A stretch of 32,000 bases of DNA from Candidatus Saccharimonadota bacterium (GTDB taxonomy: Bacteria > Patescibacteriota > Saccharimonadia > Saccharimonadales > UBA4665), in contig OY970322.1 in assembly GCA_963716945.1 (NCBI GenBank), positions 810,001 through 842,000 of the forward strand. Reading direction: 5' to 3'. Positions 28,328 through 32,000 of the stretch are shown in pieces; position 1 is the stretch's first letter, and each line of letters starts with the position of its first letter. The notes below the pieces were generated by a model. The model saw only the letters and a list, made by a program, of their open reading frames with translations, did not search any database and had not been told where the DNA came from. Both the position numbers and the translations under genes were made by a program.

Positions 28328-29032
28328 ATGAAGGTTGTTTTGGACCATACCCGGGCCGAGGCGTCAAACATCACGACGTTTTACTTTAAGCCCGAGAAGC
28401 CCGTCCGCTACACGGCCGGCCAGTTCATCGAACTGACGGTCAAGCACCCCCGGCCGGATAAGCGCGGCATCAAGCACTGGTTCACCCTGTCTTCTTCGCC
28501 AACCGATCCGCTATTGACTATTACCACCAAATTCGCGGGCGACAAGAGCAGCTCGTTCAAACGGGCACTGTTCGGGCTCAAGCCCGGTACCGAGCTGTTG
28601 ATGAGCGAGCCGATGGGCGATTTCGTTTTGCCGAAACTTATCCAAACCCCCCTGGTATTCGTAGCCGGCGGCATCGGCCTGACACCCTTCCACAGTATGC
28701 TGTCATGGTTGGTCGCGACCGGCGAGCAACGGCCCATCAAATTCCTTTACGGCGTGCGTACCGAGGACGAAATCATCTTCCAAGATACCTTCGCCAAAGC
28801 CGGCGTCTACCCGACCGTCATCGTCAGCGAGCCGTCGGCCGCCTGGGGCGGCGAACGCGGCCGCCTAAGTACCGATCTTATCCTGGGCCTCGAGAAGCCG
28901 ACCGAGGACAGCCTGATTTATGTCTCCGGCCCCGAACCGCTGGTCGAAAGCCTCGAAAAGGACCTCAAGAAAGCCGGCATCAAAAAGAACCAGCTGGTGC
29001 TGGACTTCTTCCCGAACTACGGCGGTATCTAA
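28328..29032 (+). CDS. FNR-like FAD/NAD(P)-binding oxidoreductase
   Basis: 234 aa. RYTAGQFIELTV ... KHWFTLSSSP (the FAD-binding RxYS-like position) and FVAGGIGLTPFHSML (the NAD(P)-binding GGxGxxP). Confidence 0.7.
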   Translation: MKVVLDHTRAEASNITTFYFKPEKPVRYTAGQFIELTVKHPRPDKRGIKHWFTLSSSPTDPLLTITTKFAGDKSSSFKRALFGLKPGTELLMSEPMGDFVLPKLIQTPLVFVAGGIGLTPFHSMLSWLVATGEQRPIKFLYGVRTEDEIIFQDTFAKAGVYPTVIVSEPSAAWGGERGRLSTDLILGLEKPTEDSLIYVSGPEPLVESLEKDLKKAGIKKNQLVLDFFPNYGGI

Positions 29033-29035
29033 GAT

Positions 29036-30151
29036 TTAGCGAACGGCCTTGTAGACGTCGGATGGGCCGATTTTGCGCATCACGATTTGGAAAAGCTGAA
29101 GGTGGCGCGCTCGGAAAGCGCCGGCGCAGCATAGCAGGTAGTAAGTCCACATACGGTAGAAGCGCTCGTCGTATTTGTTGCTCAACTCGGGGTAGCTTTT
29201 GACGAAATTGCTGTGCCAGGCCATCAGGGTCCGGTCATAAAACGGCCCGAAATTCTGGACGTCTTCAATGATAAACTTACTCTCGACGGCCCGGCTGATC
29301 TGGGTCAGTGTCGGGATGATGCCGCCGGGGAAAATATACTTGTCGATCCACGGGTCGGTAACGTTAACCGACTTGTTGCCGCCGATAGTATGATGCAGCA
29401 TTAAGCCGTTGTCGGCCAGCAGCCGGTTGCACTTGTCGAAAAAGGTCTTGTAGTTCTTGGGGCCGACGTGTTCCAGCATGCCGATGGAGACGATGCGGTC
29501 GAACTTGCCGGTCACGTGCCGGTAATCCTTCTGCAAAATCTTGACCGGCAGGCCTTTGGTGCGCTTCCTGGCCAGTTTGACCTGTTCGATGGCCGGCGAG
29601 ATACCGGTTACGACGACGCCGTATTTCTTAGCCGCGTACTCCGAAAAACCGCCCCAGCCGCAACCGATGTCCAGCAACGTCATGCCTTTTTTGAGGTGCA
29701 GTTTGCGGCAGACCAGATCAAGCTTGGCGGTTTGGGCGGCATCAAGGCTAGCCGCGTCTTTCCAGTAGCCGCAGCTGTAGATCATCCGTTTGTCCAGCAT
29801 CCGCTCGTACAAGTCGTTGCCGATATCATAATGGTGGGAGGCGTTGCGCTTGGCCCGGGCCGCCGTTTGGCGGTTGAGTATGTATGATTTCGCGAATGAA
29901 CGGGCCAGCTTGGGCGTAATGTGGACTTTGTCTAGCAGGTTGGCGGCCAGCAGGCGGCTGACCAGTTCGTCAACCCGTTTGGCGTCCCACCAGCCGTCCA
30001 TATACGATTCGCCCAGGCCGAGTTCGCGCTGCGCCAGGATCCGGTTGTAAACCCGCTCGTCATGAACCTGAATATCAAACTGCCGGCTGCCGTTAATCTT
30101 GACGTCCGCCAGGGAAAGCAGGTGCTCAACCGTCTTCTTTGCGTCAGACAT
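29036..30151 (-). CDS. cfa: Cyclopropane-fatty-acyl-phospholipid synthase-family SAM methyltransferase
   Basis: 371 aa. HYDIGNDLY and the SAM motif LLDIGCGWGGFSEYAAKKYG, plus a CFA-synthase-like C-terminus. Confidence 0.85.
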   Translation of the reverse strand: MSDAKKTVEHLLSLADVKINGSRQFDIQVHDERVYNRILAQRELGLGESYMDGWWDAKRVDELVSRLLAANLLDKVHITPKLARSFAKSYILNRQTAARAKRNASHHYDIGNDLYERMLDKRMIYSCGYWKDAASLDAAQTAKLDLVCRKLHLKKGMTLLDIGCGWGGFSEYAAKKYGVVVTGISPAIEQVKLARKRTKGLPVKILQKDYRHVTGKFDRIVSIGMLEHVGPKNYKTFFDKCNRLLADNGLMLHHTIGGNKSVNVTDPWIDKYIFPGGIIPTLTQISRAVESKFIIEDVQNFGPFYDRTLMAWHSNFVKSYPELSNKYDERFYRMWTYYLLCCAGAFRARHLQLFQIVMRKIGPSDVYKAVR

Positions 30152-30157
30152 ATTTTT

Positions 30158-30166
30158 AGTATATCA
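30158..30166 (-). promoter_or_regulatory. Extended -10 box (TGaTATACT) 6 nt upstream of the cfa ATG
   Basis: The reverse complement of 30158-30166 is TGATATACT. The ATG is at 30151. Confidence 0.45.
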
Positions 30167-30184
30167 TAGCTTTTTTGCTTATGT

Positions 30185-31144
30185 TTAGTTCTGGACCGGG
30201 TGGGGTCGGTTCTCGAGGTATTCGCGGATCTTAAGGGCAGCGGTGGCGCCTTCGCCGGCGGCCGAAGCGATCTGCATGGTGGCACCGCTACGGATATCGC
30301 CGGCCGCGAAAACGCCGCGCATACTGGTGTGCAGGTGCTGGTCGGTCATGACGAAGCCGATGTCGTCGAGCTTGATCGGCGACGGCTTGAGGAACTGCGA
30401 ATTAGGCTCCAAACCGACGAACACGAAAACGCCGTCGGCCGGGAAATCGACTTTCTTGCCGTCTTTGGTGCCGATGACTTTGGTCACGAACTTCTCCTCG
30501 CCGACAATTTCGTCGGTAGTCGTGCCGAGGTGGACGGTAACCTTGCCCTGCTTGACGAACGTCTCCAGCTCGTGCTGCAGGATGTCGCTGGCCTTAATGG
30601 TCGAGCGTACCAGCAGGTCAATGTGCGAAGCGAAACGGGTCAGAAAAATCGTCTCCTGAATAGCCGAGTTGCCGCCGCCGACCACGACCAGCCGCTTGTC
30701 GCGGTAGAAGGCGCCGTCGCAGGTCGCGCAGTAGTGCACGCCGCGGGCGTAGTACTTCTGCTCGCCGGGGACGCCGATCTTCTTATAATCCGAACCGGTA
30801 GCGATCAGGACGGCCCGGGCCAGCATGTCGCCGCTGGTCGTTTCCAGGCGCTTGAGGTCGCCCTCGTCATGGATGGCCGTGACTTCGCCAAGCTCGATGA
30901 CGGCGCCGAAGCGTTCGGCCTGCTTGCGCAATTCTTCCGACAGCTTAAGCCCTTCGACACCGTCGGCGAAACCGGGATAGTTATCGATCTTGTCGGTGAC
31001 GGCCGCCAGGCCGCCGACCACGCCGCGCTCGAACAATACCGTCTCGATATCTTCGCGGGTGGTGTAAATCGCCGCCGACAGCGCGGCCGGACCGGCCCCG
31101 ATGATGATTACATCGTGCCGGGGAATGTCTGGAGAATCCGCCAT
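30185..31144 (-). CDS. trxB: Thioredoxin-disulfide reductase
   Basis: 319 aa. VIIIGAGPAALSAAIY, the redox-active CATCDG, and GGGNSAIQE. Confidence 0.9.
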   Translation of the reverse strand: MADSPDIPRHDVIIIGAGPAALSAAIYTTREDIETVLFERGVVGGLAAVTDKIDNYPGFADGVEGLKLSEELRKQAERFGAVIELGEVTAIHDEGDLKRLETTSGDMLARAVLIATGSDYKKIGVPGEQKYYARGVHYCATCDGAFYRDKRLVVVGGGNSAIQETIFLTRFASHIDLLVRSTIKASDILQHELETFVKQGKVTVHLGTTTDEIVGEEKFVTKVIGTKDGKKVDFPADGVFVFVGLEPNSQFLKPSPIKLDDIGFVMTDQHLHTSMRGVFAAGDIRSGATMQIASAAGEGATAALKIREYLENRPHPVQN

Positions 31145-31154
31145 GCGCTTGCGC

Positions 31155-31403
31155 TCAGGCTACTGCCGGGGCTAGGCGGGCCAGGTTATAGCCGACAATG
31201 ACTTCTTGCGAGTCGTCCTGCTTAGTAACGACGGTTACCGGGACGGTCATGGCGCCGCTCAAGTCTATGGCTTCGGCTTGGCGGTGGGGATGTTCGTCGA
31301 GGTTGACTTCTTCGTAAGTCATACCTTTGGCGCCCAGGTACTTCTTGACCATCTGGCAGTAGCCGCAGGTGTTGGTAGTGAAGATAGTGATGTTTTTGAC
31401 CAT
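31155..31403 (-). CDS. Glutaredoxin-like (NrdH-type) redoxin
   Basis: 82 aa. IFTTNTCGYCQMVKKYL provides the CxxC motif, and the size and VPV motif fit NrdH/glutaredoxin-like proteins. A GAGGGGGA SD is present, and the gene ends 10 nt upstream of trxB. Confidence 0.75.
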   Translation of the reverse strand: MVKNITIFTTNTCGYCQMVKKYLGAKGMTYEEVNLDEHPHRQAEAIDLSGAMTVPVTVVTKQDDSQEVIVGYNLARLAPAVA

Positions 31404-31530
31404 TTGGTCCCCCTCGTTAAGCGCCTTTGATACCTCACCGTGTCTCTCAGGTACGGCTACAGTCGTTTGCTTAAGGCGCGTTGTTTATTTTGATGTGCTC
31501 TAGTTCAGAACAATTCTGACTGTATTAAAG

Positions 31531-31559
31531 ATTATATATAGTGCTTGCATATAATTCAA
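31531..31559 (-). promoter_or_regulatory. Sigma70-like promoter TTGAAT-17 nt-TATAAT for the nrdH-like/trxB unit
   Basis: On the reverse strand, the -35 TTGAAT is the complement of 31554-31559. A 17-nt spacer follows, and the -10 TATAAT is the complement of 31531-31536. The predicted start near 31524 gives a leader of about 120 nt. Confidence 0.5.
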
Positions 31560-31754
31560 GACACTATATATTGTGCTTTTTAATACATTTGGCGACTATG
31601 TACTTAAAGCAAGTAGCCCTGAATAACTACTTAGCGTAAACTAAGAGTTTTTAACTGTTGGAGTTGCTCCTTTAGCAGTTGAATCTCTTGTTTTTGCCCT
31701 TGGTTAACCGTGTTCTGGGGTCTTACTGCAATCCATATTTGTACCCCCAAACCG

Positions 31755-32000
31755 ATGATTAGCACTACAGTTAAGGCAGTTCAGCGTAGCTTATTAGTAC
31801 GCGAAGTATATGCTATTGACCCCAAAGGCAACGTCTGGAAGCGCTTAGGGGGGTTCGGTGAGGCGAAGTGGGAATTATTAAAATGGGGGAGTATGACAAT
31901 AATCACTACTACTTTGACTATAATTGTTATAATGGTTCTTAGTAATAAGCGAAGGATTATAATGCCAAATCGTCAGGCCCCACAACCCACAGGTAATGCT
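31755..32000 (+). CDS. Possible hypothetical membrane protein, partial (open at the window end)
   Basis: Absent from the track because it has no in-window stop. Frame 3 is open from 31683 to 32000, with an ATG at 31755. It reads MISTTVKAVQRSLLVREVYAIDPKGNVWKRLGGFGEAKWELLKWGSMTIITTTLTIIVIMVLSNKRRIIMPNRQAPQPTGNA, which includes a TM-like helix and then KRR. The region is AT-rich, there is no convincing SD, and the start is uncertain. Confidence 0.3.
   Translation, partial: MISTTVKAVQRSLLVREVYAIDPKGNVWKRLGGFGEAKWELLKWGSMTIITTTLTIIVIMVLSNKRRIIMPNRQAPQPTGNA

Noticed and set aside
30200-31201. 333-aa plus-strand ORF opposite trxB, and similar ORFs at 13549-14418 opposite gatA, 24668-25390 opposite gap, and 27611-28348 opposite the GDPD gene
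   Set aside because: All are mirror-frame ORFs of well-supported genes in GC-rich DNA. None has independent support.
31404-31754. Possible tRNA, tmRNA, RNase P or SRP RNA in the largest intergenic gap, and also in 14667-14806
   Set aside because: I found no GGTTCGA-type T-loop and no acceptor/anticodon-arm geometry. There is no GGGGCUGA...CCACCA tmRNA signature, no GAGGAAAGUCC RNase P core, and no SRP domain IV motif. Only local hairpins are present.
31631-31765. 44-codon minus-strand ORF with a TM-like segment and a Gln/Leu/Lys coiled-coil tail
   Set aside because: It is too short, has a GTG start without an SD, overlaps the start of the opposing open frame, and has no homology that I can recognise. 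I mention it in the edge-region finding but do not call it as a feature.

Overview
Gene-dense (about 95 % coding by my own tally of the calls below), GC-rich bacterial chromosomal segment. I call 35 CDS plus one weak partial ORF at the right edge. I saw no rRNA, tRNA, CRISPR array, transposase, integrase or phage gene. Content is mostly housekeeping. Left third: yraN-rnhB, rplS, a PilB/GspE-type ATPase, a SpoU methyltransferase, dnaE, a YtxH/DUF948-like pair, galU. Middle: gatC-gatA-X-gatB, uvrB, and a PfkB kinase - split transketolase - rpe - rpiB - gap sugar-phosphate cluster. Right third: two divergent Nudix hydrolases, ppa, a GDPD esterase, an FNR-like reductase, cfa, trxB and an nrdH-like redoxin. 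Most genes lie on the minus strand with 1-8 nt overlaps, and UGA is used as a stop (standard code 11). The split transketolase, small proteins and absence of biosynthetic operons suggest a reduced-genome lineage such as Patescibacteria/CPR (Saccharibacteria-like). That placement is inference only. I do not see a hallmark defence or mobile island, so this reads as a largely ordinary core region. Items most worth a second look: (1) uvrB is broken by two single-base frame changes that share the context CTG-C-A(A/G)G. (2) An uncharacterised 414-aa protein is coupled to a LOG/TIGR00725 (SLOG)-like protein as its own two-gene unit. (3) A 137-aa membrane-anchored protein sits inside gatCAB, and all junctions are ATGA overlaps. 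(4) There is a perfect 20-bp inverted repeat in the ppa/GDPD divergent region, an AT-only 13-bp palindrome at the tkt/lipoprotein promoter, and a palindrome across the nrdH-trxB promoter followed by a long structured leader. (5) Many genes have a (TGn)TAnnnT box only 6-11 nt from the ATG, which suggests leaderless transcripts. (6) L19 carries an Ala/Glu/Lys-rich tail of about 60 aa. (7) Four plus-strand singleton genes show atypical codon usage. (8) The last ~600 nt are abruptly AT-rich.
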